Below are positions 39,374 to 50,930 of a DNA stretch of 64,000 bases, piece by piece (within the stretch, counting starts at the first letter, position 1; each line of letters opens with the position of its first letter). The stretch spans positions 26,848,001 through 26,912,000 of the forward strand of contig OZ249436.1 in NCBI GenBank assembly GCA_965235115.1. The letters run 5' to 3'. A model generated the notes under the pieces. The model had not been told where the DNA came from. It saw only the letters and a list, made by a program, of their open reading frames with translations, and did no database searches. Origin of the DNA: Laetmonice hystrix (lineage: Eukaryota). The translations under genes and the position numbers were made by a program.

Positions 39374-39508
39374 TCTCTCTGTGTATCTCCCTCTCTGTAT
39401 CTCCCCCTCTCCGTCTCCCTCTCTCTCTCTCTCTTCTCTCTCCTCTCTCGCTGTCTCTCTCTCGCTCGCTCTCTCCCCTCTCTTCTCGCTCTCTCTTCTC
39501 TCTCTCGC
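39374..39508 (+). repeat. Degenerate (CT)n tract
   Basis: Direct reading. Confidence 0.9.
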
Positions 39509-40548
39509 TATCCATTAGCAATGTTCTATAATTACCCTAGGAGCCTCATGGGACTTGATATGTAATACACATACTATACATTTGTACACATGCAGTAAAG
39601 GTTAGATGTGCGAGCTAGACGCGCCCTCAGCCGTGACCCGTAAGTAGGAAGAGCACGCGGCACGCAAGCCGCCATTGACAGATTGTCCTTGAATTCCCTC
39701 CTCCTTCCTTCATGATGAAGAAACAATCCGGTAAGACTAGCGGCGACGTTTCGCCTGGCCGTGCCAACTCCGTCACATTAGACCGCATTAGGTTGTGCCT
39801 TTCGGGAGAGAGGGTCAGAGCTTAAAGTCCGGTTGGACCATTTTGTTGAAAGCCCGCGTCACTTCGGCGGTGTCGGTCGGTAATGGGTTATGTAGTGTTT
39901 ACGTCCTGGCATAAAGGGGGGAGGACACGGGTGCTACTTATCCTACACACCATCAGTGCGTGCTAATAGAATTTGTACACATTTTACAGGTTGGACACCC
40001 CCCCCCCCTCCCCTTTTACGTACTTCCCCCAACGGCCCTTTCCTCCCCCCGGTGCCTCCGCAGGATGGACCCCCCCATGGTCGTATCTAACCTCACGCAT
40101 TGTCCGACGCTGCTGCAGACCAGCCAGGCGAGGCGCTCGGGTTTTTCAATGCGAATGTCAGTTTATAAATACGAAGGTGGCGACTGTCAATCAACCTCAA
40201 TTAGTGCATGTTAATTAAGCTCGGTTCAGTTTGGGGCGGGCGGTGCCAGGGTCGGTACGGTCTGTGCACACTGACGAAAACATCTCATTATCCCGGTTTG
40301 AGTACATGTCAGAGGCGGCCAACATCTTGCCAGCGCCCGACCGAGCCGAAACCAAACTGTCAACCGGGGCCACATATAGGCTGTACAATCGGGAAAACTC
40401 GTCGTAAATAACCTTCCAACCTGTGAAACAATATACAACACGGGGGGCTTCTGTATTACTCACCTTGAGAACGCTATATACCAAGGACGCGCTCCCTGGC
40501 GCTCGAGGTAAATAACTACGATTGTTTGTGATGCGCGTATTGTTGTGA

Positions 40549-40599
40549 GCAGACGACATTCAATGTTAGCAGACGACATTCAATGTTAGCAGACGACAT
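40549..40599 (+). repeat. 20-bp tandem duplication, 2.5 copies
   Basis: GCAGACGACATTCAATGTTA repeated perfectly. Confidence 0.9.
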
Positions 40600-40914
40600 C
40601 CGGCGTGAAACCCGCGCTCAATGCGAGTTTGCTTTTCTCAGTCACAGCACATTGAACCTAGAAGAGAAACAAACGTGTCAGCAGACTGGAGCTCACAAAC
40701 AGGATCTGCGTGCCCTGATCAAGCCGTGCCAATCTACAAAAAGAATCGCCATTATAATTTTTCTTTCTTTCACAGGGGGAAAGCACCCGCAATCCTGCAA
40801 CGAGTCACGTATCTACTGAAAACCTGCAGGTTGAGACTCTCGCGGTGAACCCACTGCATGGATGGATATCCCCGCTTCGCTTGACGAGCTGTCGGCTCGT
40901 GAATATTACAGCCC

Positions 40915-41095
40915 GGCCGACCAATCAGCGGCAAGCTCGGGATATCGGGACAAAAGAGGGGCGTGGTAAGCTGTTTGCGCCGTGTGAGTACACTCCTCTC
41001 ATAATATTTGACAACACCGACAACACGCGCATATGGTCAGGTGCGAGGCGTGGGTGAACATCAGCGGTACGCCGCGCTCACATTTATATCCTACC
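40915..41095 (+). promoter_or_regulatory. Candidate proximal promoter of foxQ2
   Basis: GACCAATCAG (CCAAT box, ~40919), GGGGCGTGG (Sp/KLF box, ~40958) and a weak TTTATAT (~41083), lying 350-500 bp upstream of the ATG. Confidence 0.35.
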
Positions 41096-41432
41096 CACAG
41101 ACACAGATTGTGTGATCACCCTCGCTTCACTCGTACTGCATGCATGCATGCATGCTGCAGCCAACCACCCTTCATCACAACGTCGCGAGATCCTGTCTAC
41201 ATACACGCAGAGGGCAAGTTGAGGTTTAAGAAAATAGACTCTCATGCAGTACTTCTGATGCTGATTTACTGCGAAGTTTCTACTTTATAACAACGGTACT
41301 ACCACGGGGCAGTACAACCTCAGATACTGCTCCACAAAGACAGAGAGAGATATCATCGCTCTCTCTCTCAGGTTAAAAGAAAAAAACATCGGAACTCCAG
41401 AGACTTTGAGTTGGCCGATTGCAACCCACACC

Positions 41433-43187
41433 ATGTGTAGTCAACAGCCGAGTAATGCTCTAGTGAGCCCGTTCGGTCTCAAGGTGCCCACCCCTGCCAA
41501 CCCGTTCGCTCACTACCATCCATCGATGACGCAGGCGGCCTTCGATTTCCACCGGGCCCAGCTGTACGACTACAACGCTCGCCTCCACTACGGGATCCGA
41601 GCGTATCCCGGGTCAGCGGCGACTGGAGCCGGGCTGACCGCCTACCACCCACACCCACACGACGCCCTCGCCCACTTCTACCAATCCAAATACGACCCAA
41701 GGGCATGTACGAGGTTTGTTCACGAGGAGCCCAAGCCGGCCCACTCTTACATTGGACTCATCGCTATGGCAATATTACAATCCAAGGAAATGAAATTAGT
41801 GCTCTCCGATATCTACCAATGGATCCTGGACAATTACGCTTACTTCCGAACCCGCGGCCCCGGATGGAGGAATTCAATACGGCATAATCTCAGCCTAAAT
41901 GACTGTTTCATCAAATCGGGCAGGTCGGCAAACGGTAAGGGACATTACTGGGCCGTACACCCTGCGAATGTTGAGGATTTCAAGAAGGGTGATTTTCGCC
42001 GACGTAAGGCCCAGAGGAAGGTGAGGCGACACATGGGGTTGTCTGTGCCGGACGATGAGGACTCCCCTACCCCGCCTCCCCCGGCCAGCACTGACGCGGC
42101 CGACTGGACGGCCAAGGTGCTGGGCGCCGGCCGGGACGACGGCCGGGTATCGCCGCCCGACCTACATGAAGTCCCGCGGACGTCGGACGGCCGGCCCGGG
42201 AGTGCCGACCCCACCACCACCACCACTACCGGCACCACCACCGGCACCACCGGCCGGAGGAGTCCGTCTGCGGGTCCCGAGGGAACGCTAGCCAAACCCT
42301 TACCTCTACCCCCCAGCAGCACCGGTAAGAAACGCTTATTCGATGTTGAAAGCTTATTAGCGCCCGAAACTAACGCCAACCAACATCATTTTGAACTGCA
42401 CATCCAACCATGTAAAATGCCCAAGACGATTATAATCGCGCCCAGTGCTAGGCTGGGTCCGTCCTCAGTCACTGAGACCAACACTGGAGGAGCAGACTCC
42501 AAGGGGTTGCCAACTGAGGAGATAACAGATGACATCGACGTGGAGGACTTGGGAGAGGGGTCGGAACGTAACGTCGATTCTCCCGACCCGTGCATGTCTT
42601 CCCGGATATCGGCCAGCCCCAGGCCGGGGTCAAGGGCCGGGAGTAGCCGGTCGGAGCCCACTTCCCCGGTCTCGTCGACTGCCAACGCCCCCCACACCGG
42701 CACCTCGACGGCCGCCTCCTCCCCGGCCTACCGGCCCGTGTCCCGCGGCCCAGGCTCGCCCTCGTCGCCGGTGTCGGACGCAGACCTCACGGGTACCCCC
42801 GGTTCGTCGTTCACCAGCACGGCGTCTCCTCCGCTCCATCACCCGGTAAAGGGCTCGTGGACGTCGCCGATGGTGGTGGCGCCGAGCGGGGCTGTGGGGT
42901 TGGGTGTGTCGTGGCGGGACCACCACCCGTCCGCCTTCCACAGTACAGGTACAGCGGCAGCGGCAGCAGCGGCGGCGGCGGCAGCAGCGGCGGCAGCCAC
43001 CCCGACCACCCTGACGGCCTGGAGCAACCTGCCCCCGCACGGCTACCCGATCATGTCAGCACCATTCCCCATGCCTGCCCCGGGAACCTCGTCGGCCGAG
43101 GCCATGGCCGCGCAACAGCGGTGGCAGGAGACATTCTCGAGAATCATGGCAAGATCGTATGAGAAAAATGTCAAACTGGAAGTATAA
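41433..43187 (+). CDS. foxQ2: Forkhead box transcription factor, FoxQ2 class (fd102C-like type with Eh1 C-terminal to the forkhead domain), 584 aa, apparently single coding exon
   Basis: Complete forkhead domain at ~41733-42009: EPKPAHSYIGLIAMAIL...LVLSDIYQWILDNY.YFR.RGPGWRNSIRHNLSLNDCFIKSGRSANGKGHYWAVHPANVEDFKKGDFRRRKAQRKVR. These residues are diagnostic for FoxQ2. The Eh1-like FDVESLL lies at 42339-42359. The first ATG (CACCATG) is at 41433; the track's 41406 start is a TTG. Confidence 0.95.
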   Translation: MCSQQPSNALVSPFGLKVPTPANPFAHYHPSMTQAAFDFHRAQLYDYNARLHYGIRAYPGSAATGAGLTAYHPHPHDALAHFYQSKYDPRACTRFVHEEPKPAHSYIGLIAMAILQSKEMKLVLSDIYQWILDNYAYFRTRGPGWRNSIRHNLSLNDCFIKSGRSANGKGHYWAVHPANVEDFKKGDFRRRKAQRKVRRHMGLSVPDDEDSPTPPPPASTDAADWTAKVLGAGRDDGRVSPPDLHEVPRTSDGRPGSADPTTTTTTGTTTGTTGRRSPSAGPEGTLAKPLPLPPSSTGKKRLFDVESLLAPETNANQHHFELHIQPCKMPKTIIIAPSARLGPSSVTETNTGGADSKGLPTEEITDDIDVEDLGEGSERNVDSPDPCMSSRISASPRPGSRAGSSRSEPTSPVSSTANAPHTGTSTAASSPAYRPVSRGPGSPSSPVSDADLTGTPGSSFTSTASPPLHHPVKGSWTSPMVVAPSGAVGLGVSWRDHHPSAFHSTGTAAAAAAAAAAAAAAATPTTLTAWSNLPPHGYPIMSAPFPMPAPGTSSAEAMAAQQRWQETFSRIMARSYEKNVKLEV

Positions 43188-46100
43188 TTAATTGACTTTT
43201 AGTAATATTACATCCACGTTACATCCTAGCTCTCCCTCAGTAGTGTGAAGGACAACGATCCAAGGTCAGCCGTGTGAAGGATCTACATGCCTCGTCAGGC
43301 ATGCAGAGGTCTCCTTCCCATTGACACTCCTGAACAGTGAACATGCAAGTCCGTACATCATCTCCAGAATCTGACTGACAAACCTCACATTTTGTGAGTG
43401 CGGTGATCAATGTCTCAACAATAATTTTATTATAACAATGTGATGGACATACAGTATAAAGAAAGACTTGAATACCATCTGGTGCTCTCTTCCCTGACTT
43501 AGCGCGGACGAACGCCATAGATTCTTATATAAATATGGGAACTCTACAATATACCACGCTGTTCATAAATAGCTGAGGACTTCATGCAGATACTCCTTTA
43601 TAAACTTTCTTCGCATTGAATGTAACTTTTCTCGAGATGTATATGATATAAAGTGACAACGCGTCTGAATGAGTATAGGACCGCCTCGCGTTCAAATATA
43701 AGGTGAGAACTACACAACCTTTCTCAATATTGTAGTGTACTTAGATATACTGCGTCTAGTTTCTATATATATATACCATCATTTTAGCTCTTAAAATTAC
43801 TTGTGGTTGTACAAAATTTGACACACACAATATTATTGTTATGCTGCGTGCACACACGCGTGTGTGTTTAGATTTACTGGACTTAACGTTTTTGGTAGGA
43901 TATAGCAGATGGAATGATAAATAATTAATTCGATCGCATTCTGACTACTGTTTGCAGCCATGCAGTGTCAAAAAGAGTCTCTATACAGGCTTATAATATC
44001 GGTCTATATAATATAGTCAGCAGAAGTTCTGGACATAGTCTCATCAACCCACCTTTGACATCATGATTTTGTACATAATGGCATACATCATTTTTATTAT
44101 AGTATATTGCCACAACCTGCATAATAGCATATCTTGGGAGTATACATGTCTATACATATAAAAGACAGATGTGCATTTTGCATATACAGCGTGTATATAA
44201 TTATTATATACTGCATTGGTGTACGTGACACAAGGTCGTTTGAAACTATTGTACATAACGGAATATAATGTCTCATCTTATAGAGTTTGCATGCATGAGT
44301 GGCCAAGAATTATATTGGTGTTATTGCTGGCGTTATTTCGTACATGTATTTATGTTACGTGATCAGTTATAACTGGCATATACACGTGCAAATAGCACAG
44401 AAAGACAATGTTGCCGTTTACTGACAATCAACGAATGTTATACTTTTCGTATGATATACATACGATGCTATACATGGATTTTGCATTAAACACAAAATGA
44501 AGCCCCATGAATTTATGAATGTGTCATCTTTTTTCCACCATCCTTATCTGATTACGACGAGTGGACATGTAACGTCCAGTAAATTTATTCATTAAAACAC
44601 TTTTATTCGCGTAAATCGTGTATTTTTGACCGTTTCTCTGTTTTAATATTTTTTGTAAATGTAAATTCAAACATCCTCTCATACATTTAATACACTGTTT
44701 ATGCAATTTTTTTTTAAATGCACGAGTATAGCCTATAGCTAACCTATTAATATATAGATCACGTCATACGCGGTGTCTTAAAGAGGGTAGGCTTACATAC
44801 GTTAGCCGGTTTGCATGGAGCAACAGCAGACCGTTGGCCACCGACAGATGTTAAATATAATCGAGTTATATACGAATTTATTTCTATTCGATTCCCATTC
44901 TAAATGAGCCCAACAATTCTATCCGCGGTATAGCGTTACCATTATAGCAATATCATACCCATTTCTTTCATGTATCAATATCCTGTTGCAAAGGAAACTG
45001 TTTTCTTTATAACATTTTAACTCTGCACAATAGCATGCCATTTGACCGCATGTCGGCAATAATATACGCGAGTGGATGTGGCGCACGATGACAACAACGG
45101 CCCAGTCTCTTTGTCTTGCGTGTTGGATAATTGCGTGGTGACCACTGCGGTGTTGGTGGTCTGGGTCGACCAACACGTCCGACGGCTGATGTCGGGAGGG
45201 GTGGAGGGTACCGGGCCGATACGTCCGGAGGCCCGGGGTGAGTACAACGCCGTGACCCGCCTCGACCACCGCCCCTTCCTGACACCTTTATATGCCAGGC
45301 TCGACCACGGCCTCTATAGATACAGGCGTGTTTCTTAACCAAGCAATAGGTGTTCATTATACGCATTGATTTAACCCCGATTTTATCTCACGGGATTACG
45401 GAACTCACTTCCGTAACTTATATAGGGCCAGGGTTCATCTTCTCACGGTCTATAGAGGGAGGGTCATTTGGACGCGGGAACTGGCCATGATTATATAGTG
45501 TAAAAATTTAAGAAGACGTCATGATTTCTTATCGAGTTCTATATAGGTTTTCACATCAGCCTTATCTTCCACGGATTATTCTTCATCACCATACACGTCC
45601 ATAGTTTTCGCAGTTCCTTAACAATTATTTGTAACCTAGGCCTATAATGTACAAAAAAGAGAACCATATATATAAAACGATAAATCCACGGCATCTGTTG
45701 TGAATGTGAAATCGACAAGACATGCTATAATATATTATGTGCACCTGCATATAGGAATGTATCTATACTGTGCAGTGGGTGTATGTTAATTTATGAGATA
45801 AAGAGAAAGAACAAAAGTTACATATATATATAGGCCTACGCCTACTGTTATATAAAGAAGGTCTATATGTCATGCGCTATACACGTAAACATTTTACATA
45901 TACATGGGTGGTGTGGTTTTTAACCTTCTCATTATCGAGGTGTTGTATATTTTTCGATATACCATTACCGTTATAACATGCAGTTGTTATAACATTATGA
46001 AATAATACTCTTTTTTTATTTGCCAATACAACAATGGCCTTATCACATAATAAATATTTCATCTTAATTGATGTAAATAAATATACAGTACCAACTTTAA

Positions 46101-47252
46101 TTCGCTTAGCAATAAATATTATGAAAACTATAATATTATATAGTACACATTGACAGACACAAAGACCATGACGATATGTCAATCACACATGGACATTCAC
46201 AGCGATCGTTTCCCACGTCCATGTGGACTTCATTACCACCAATGTCACTGGCTGCCGACAGTTTGCCTGCTATGGTGTGGGGTAAAACTGTAAAAGGCCA
46301 CGTCAAACCTGGTATCTTTTCCTTGGCTGCAGCTCTCTGCATGAGGCATTCTATCTGTGAGACAAAGAGAAGTAAACGGTCGATGGAAACAGGGGGACCT
46401 GACAGAAATAGTCGATACACTTTGAGAAATAAAATGTATATTATGCGAGGGAAAGGGGGCGGCGGAGATGGCGTTAGCAGATGAAAGGATATCTGTGTAA
46501 CCGATTCTCCTAGTGTGAGAATAAACTGAACGGGTAGATGAAGACAGCCTCAGGCATGCCGACCTTCTACTCGCGCTGGTCACAGAGGCAATGAGGCAAC
46601 CCGAGTCGTTGCAATTATCACTAACACAATGGCCGTATGAGCAAACTTCCCCGAGGCCATTGTCTTAGCTTCCCATGTGTTCACCAACACGGCATAAATA
46701 ATCGAATTGTCCTGTAACAATAAAAGATCGGCGCAGCAATCAGCACCTATTTATTCCCATTATTGGCTCTAATGTGTCCAGTGGGTGGGTGGCAGGGCCA
46801 TAGATTATCAAGGCAGCGTTGTCGGGCACCAACCACTCCGTCCCCCCCCCCCCCCCCCAACGCGACACATACGGCAGACTGCACAGTTTGCGTCCTAATA
46901 TGCTACATAATTAGATTAGAAATTGGCCATGTGTTTTTTGTCACAGCTCAAACGATGTTTGTGGTGGCCCTATATACATACATGTATATGAGCTATGGGT
47001 GTAGATTATATTATAGTACATCGGTGGATATACATCTTATATTCCATTTGGCATTATCCTATTTGTGTATACTCCTCATGCATTCTACATCTTGAGGTGG
47101 GGTGTATTTTTACATCGAATTTTAACATTTTGAATAGTATAACCATTTCATAAAGAGCCACACTTTCAATGTTTTTTCTTGCTGTATAGTTAACACTTCA
47201 CATTCCTCAATATACTGATATAATATACGTATACCTAAACCTCCATAATAAT

Positions 47253-47795
47253 ATATTATACACCTGGCCCAGCTAAGCAATCTGATTGGTCCATTTGTAC
47301 CACGTGACCGTCCCGAAAATTTTGATATTGGACGGTAAAATACGATATTGGACGGTTCGCTCTGGAAACCATAGAGACGAAGATGATACGATGGATAAGA
47401 TAAGATGAATTTAACTATAGTAACTAGTTAATGGGGTTTTAATGTGTCCAATTGTCACATTGACCATGGAACCTTACAGAAAATATGTTCATTAAAGTTT
47501 ACATTTTCATATTACAGCAATGACCCTGGTCGATGTGTTGGTTCTTGTAGGCCTAATCCAAGCTGATACCTAAGCAGGTCTTCTCGACTTTATTTATATG
47601 GGATTATCAATATTTTACTTATATAGGCCTATAGGTGTATAATATAGCAAGTGTTGGATGGCAGCTCGTCCACTATACAGTTTACGGGACTCTGAAAAGC
47701 GATAATGGACTCGGCTTCGCCTCGTCCATTATCGCCTTTTCTTCGTCCCGTAAACTGTATAGTGGACTCGCCGCCATCCAATATTTGTATAATAT
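47253..47795 (+). mobile_element. Non-autonomous element with a long 3' hairpin (Crypton-like architecture)
   Basis: A ~57-bp stem spans 47654-47781 around the loop TCGGCTTCGCCTC. The 5' end ATATTATACACCT (47253) is inverted at 47633-47645. TGTATAATAT is repeated directly at 47786-47795. CTGATTGG lies near the 5' end. The family is assigned from recalled resemblance only. Confidence 0.6.
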
Positions 47796-48460
47796 GCCAA
47801 TACATGCACATGCATAAGACATACATTAAATTACATCAGACGAAGGACAGTTTTCATAAATTATATTTATATTAAACCTAATAGTATATCATAGAAGGGA
47901 TATTCATTGATGGGTATTTATTTCTACAATGCTGAGGTACATGTTCATCTTTCGATACAAGAATCACGCATCCATTTACTATATATTACATACCATGCAC
48001 ATGCAGTATACGTCGGGTTGTATAGACATAATGACGCACGTGTTCCAAAACACATGCGATATTTATTCACACCCTATATTCTTAGATTAAATTGTTTGTG
48101 TTTTGGGGGTATTTTTTAAAACTATAACAGAGATACATTAAAATCATTTTACAAGTAATTAATGTTCACGTTTGTCGTTGGATACTGTTATAGTATACAT
48201 TATAGAACATCTGGGGCGCTAATATAGGTTTCCCGTCAAAGTGTGTACGTTGCTATGTTTTGTTCAGTTGATCTCGTATCAATGGACAAGCCCTGTTTGT
48301 AGGTCAGGGACAGGAATTTAGCACCGATTTCACGACGTAAACAACAACATTAACTGGGGTAAATTATTATTAAAAATATAGCAAGGAACAAACTATAACC
48401 CAAACAAAACAACATTCCTTCCGTGAAACAACGATCCTCCTTGTAGTGTCGGTTGGTTAA

Positions 48461-48485
48461 CTCCCTCTCTCTTTGTATCTCACTT

Positions 48486-48581
<96 letters not shown>

Positions 48582-48696
48582 TCTCTCTCCCTCTCTCCCC
48601 CTCTCTCTCTCCCTCTCTCCCCCCTCTCTCTCTCTCCCTCTCTCCCCCTCTCTCTCTCCCTCTCTCCCCCTCTCTCTCTCTCTCTCCCTCTCCCCC

Positions 48697-48753
<57 letters not shown>

Positions 48754-48921
48754 CTCTCTCTCTCCCTCTCTCCCCCCCTCTCTCTCTCCCTCTCTCCCCT
48801 CTCTCTCTCTCTCTCTCTCTCTGTATCTCCTCTCTCTCTGCCTTCTCTCTCTCTCTCTCTCCTCTCTCTCTCCCTCTCTCTCTCTCCCTCTCTCTCTCCC
48901 TCTCTCTGTCTCTCTCTCTCC

Positions 48922-48966
<45 letters not shown>

Positions 48967-48983
48967 CTCTCTCTCTCTCCCTC

Positions 48984-49049
<66 letters not shown>

Positions 49050-49065
49050 CCTATCTCTCTCTCCC
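48461..49065 (+). repeat. Long (CT)n microsatellite / polypyrimidine tract
   Basis: About 600 bp of CT/CCCT repeats. Confidence 0.97.
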
Positions 49066-50124
49066 TGTATATAGAAAGAGTTGCCATATTGAGTATGGCC
49101 TTTCCGTCAGTCTGATACGACGTCCCATGAGTCTGCAGCCACGCGACCCTGACGCTAGATCAAGCCGCCAGTGTAGCAGTAATGGGCCCCGCGAGAGACA
49201 CTCCAAATAGATATCTAATCGTCGGCAACTGATTAAAGATATTACTTTCAAGTATCTAGCAATCATCCAGTCGACCAAGAGGCAGGCATTAAGGGGCCGC
49301 ACACAGTGACGTGGCTGCCTTCCTTCCCCCTACAACTCCCGGTTAACAGGATTATAGGATATTACCGACCGTTTGCTTATTTTGCCCGATCGAGCTAGTG
49401 ACAATAGCTTTATAATCAACAGATAACTCGTCGATCCGTTGTGTATGGATAATTGGGGCACTGGGGAAATCTTGACTTTTCAGTGCCACTGCTGGCCGCG
49501 GACGATGTGGTAATGACTTGGTGGCTCGGGAACCATAGCCTGTAGAACGCTGACGTTGGCAGGTTGACATTCAGGGGGGTATAACGAGGGAGATGATGAT
49601 CTGGTCTCTGCCTGCTGTCCGGGCGGGGGCCGCGGCGGTACCCCCCCCCCCCCCTCGCCCCCCCGGGAGGATTCCGTGCCAGGGTATACGTATAATTGGT
49701 CCGTTTCGTGCCACTCGCCCCAATCACGGGTCCACATGTTTGTGAAAACAATCCAAATGTTTGTTTTAGGTGTTCAAACAAATTTATATAAATGGTGTTT
49801 ATAATATAAAGCACCGAAAGATATAATACAAATAATTCATAAAATCCGTATGGTCTCTTGATTTATAATATAGGTTAGGCTATACATGGTACATGTTAAC
49901 GGAATTATTTATACAAGTAATTAACGCGATAATGCCGTGGAATGATGCACATGAAATCCTCTCATTTAACCTTACATATCTTTTGTTCCCCTCCATTATT
50001 TAAATATTTCATTTACGCCATCAGCATGTTGTTGCTGTCGGCGTCCAATCGATGTGGACGGCAGGGGAGGCCGCATGCAGGTTATATACAGACCGGGGTC
50101 GGCCTGCCGCAACCCCGGTCACTG

Positions 50125-50930
50125 TATCCCGGCCCGCCTCCCCGGTCAGGGTGCCCCCCCTCCTCCCCGGTCAGGGTGTCCCCCCCCCTCCCCGATCAGG
50201 CTGCCACGCGACCCGGCCAGCCTAGCCACCTCGCCCCGGTCAAGGCTGCCCCCGCGACCCGGCCAGGCTAGTCACCCCGCCCCGGTCAGGCTAACCACCC
50301 CGCCCCGGCCAGGCTATATATCCACACCGCCCCGGCCAGGCTGTCCCCCCGACCTAAGGCCAGGCTAGTCACCCCGCCCCGGTCAGGCTAACCACCGCGC
50401 CCCGGCCAGGCTATAGCCACACCGCCCCGGCCAGGCTGTCCCCGCGACCTGCTTGTCGCCCCGCCCCGGTCAGGCTAACCATCCCGCTCGGTCAGGCTGG
50501 CCCCGTCGGCCGGTCCGGCTATAGCCACGCCACCCCAGTCAGCCTGCCCCCGTCGCCCGGTCCGGCTATAGCCACGCCACCCGGGTCAGGCTGCCCCGTC
50601 GACCGGTCCGGCTATAGCCACCCCACCCGGGTCAGGCTGCCCCGTCGCCCGGTCCGGCTATAGACACGCCACCCGGGTCAGGCTGCCCCGTCGCCCGGTC
50701 CGGCTATAGCCACCCCACCCGGGTCAGCCTGCCCCCGTCGACCGGTCCGGCTATAGCCACGCCACCCGGGTCAGCCTGTCCCCGTCGACCGGTCCGGCTA
50801 TAGCCACCCCATGCACCCGGGTCAGGCTGCCCCCGTCGACCGGTCCGGCTATAGCCACGCCACCCGGGTCAGCCTGCCCCCGTCGACCGGTCCGGCTATA
50901 TAGCCACGCCACCCCGGTCAGGCTGCCCCT
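50125..50930 (+). repeat. GC-rich minisatellite: degenerate ~23-bp units grading into ~46-47-bp units
   Basis: CCCCGG(T/C)CAGGCT-based units at 50125-50500, then ~9 copies of CCGGTCCGGCTATAGCCACGCCACCCGGGTCAGGCTGCCCCGTCG(A/C). Confidence 0.9.

Noticed and set aside
41406..41432. ORF-track start at 41406
   Set aside because: It is a TTG; a eukaryotic start is more plausibly the ATG at 41433 in CACCATG context.
41479..43162. Alternative-frame and antisense ORFs overlapping foxQ2
   Set aside because: Expected shadows of a GC-rich CDS.
45072..45338. 88-aa GC-rich ORF downstream of foxQ2
   Set aside because: GTG start, no domain recognised, and no clear splice signals.
48350..49210. ER- or SL-repeat ORFs of 220-245 aa
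   Set aside because: Translations of the (CT)n microsatellite.
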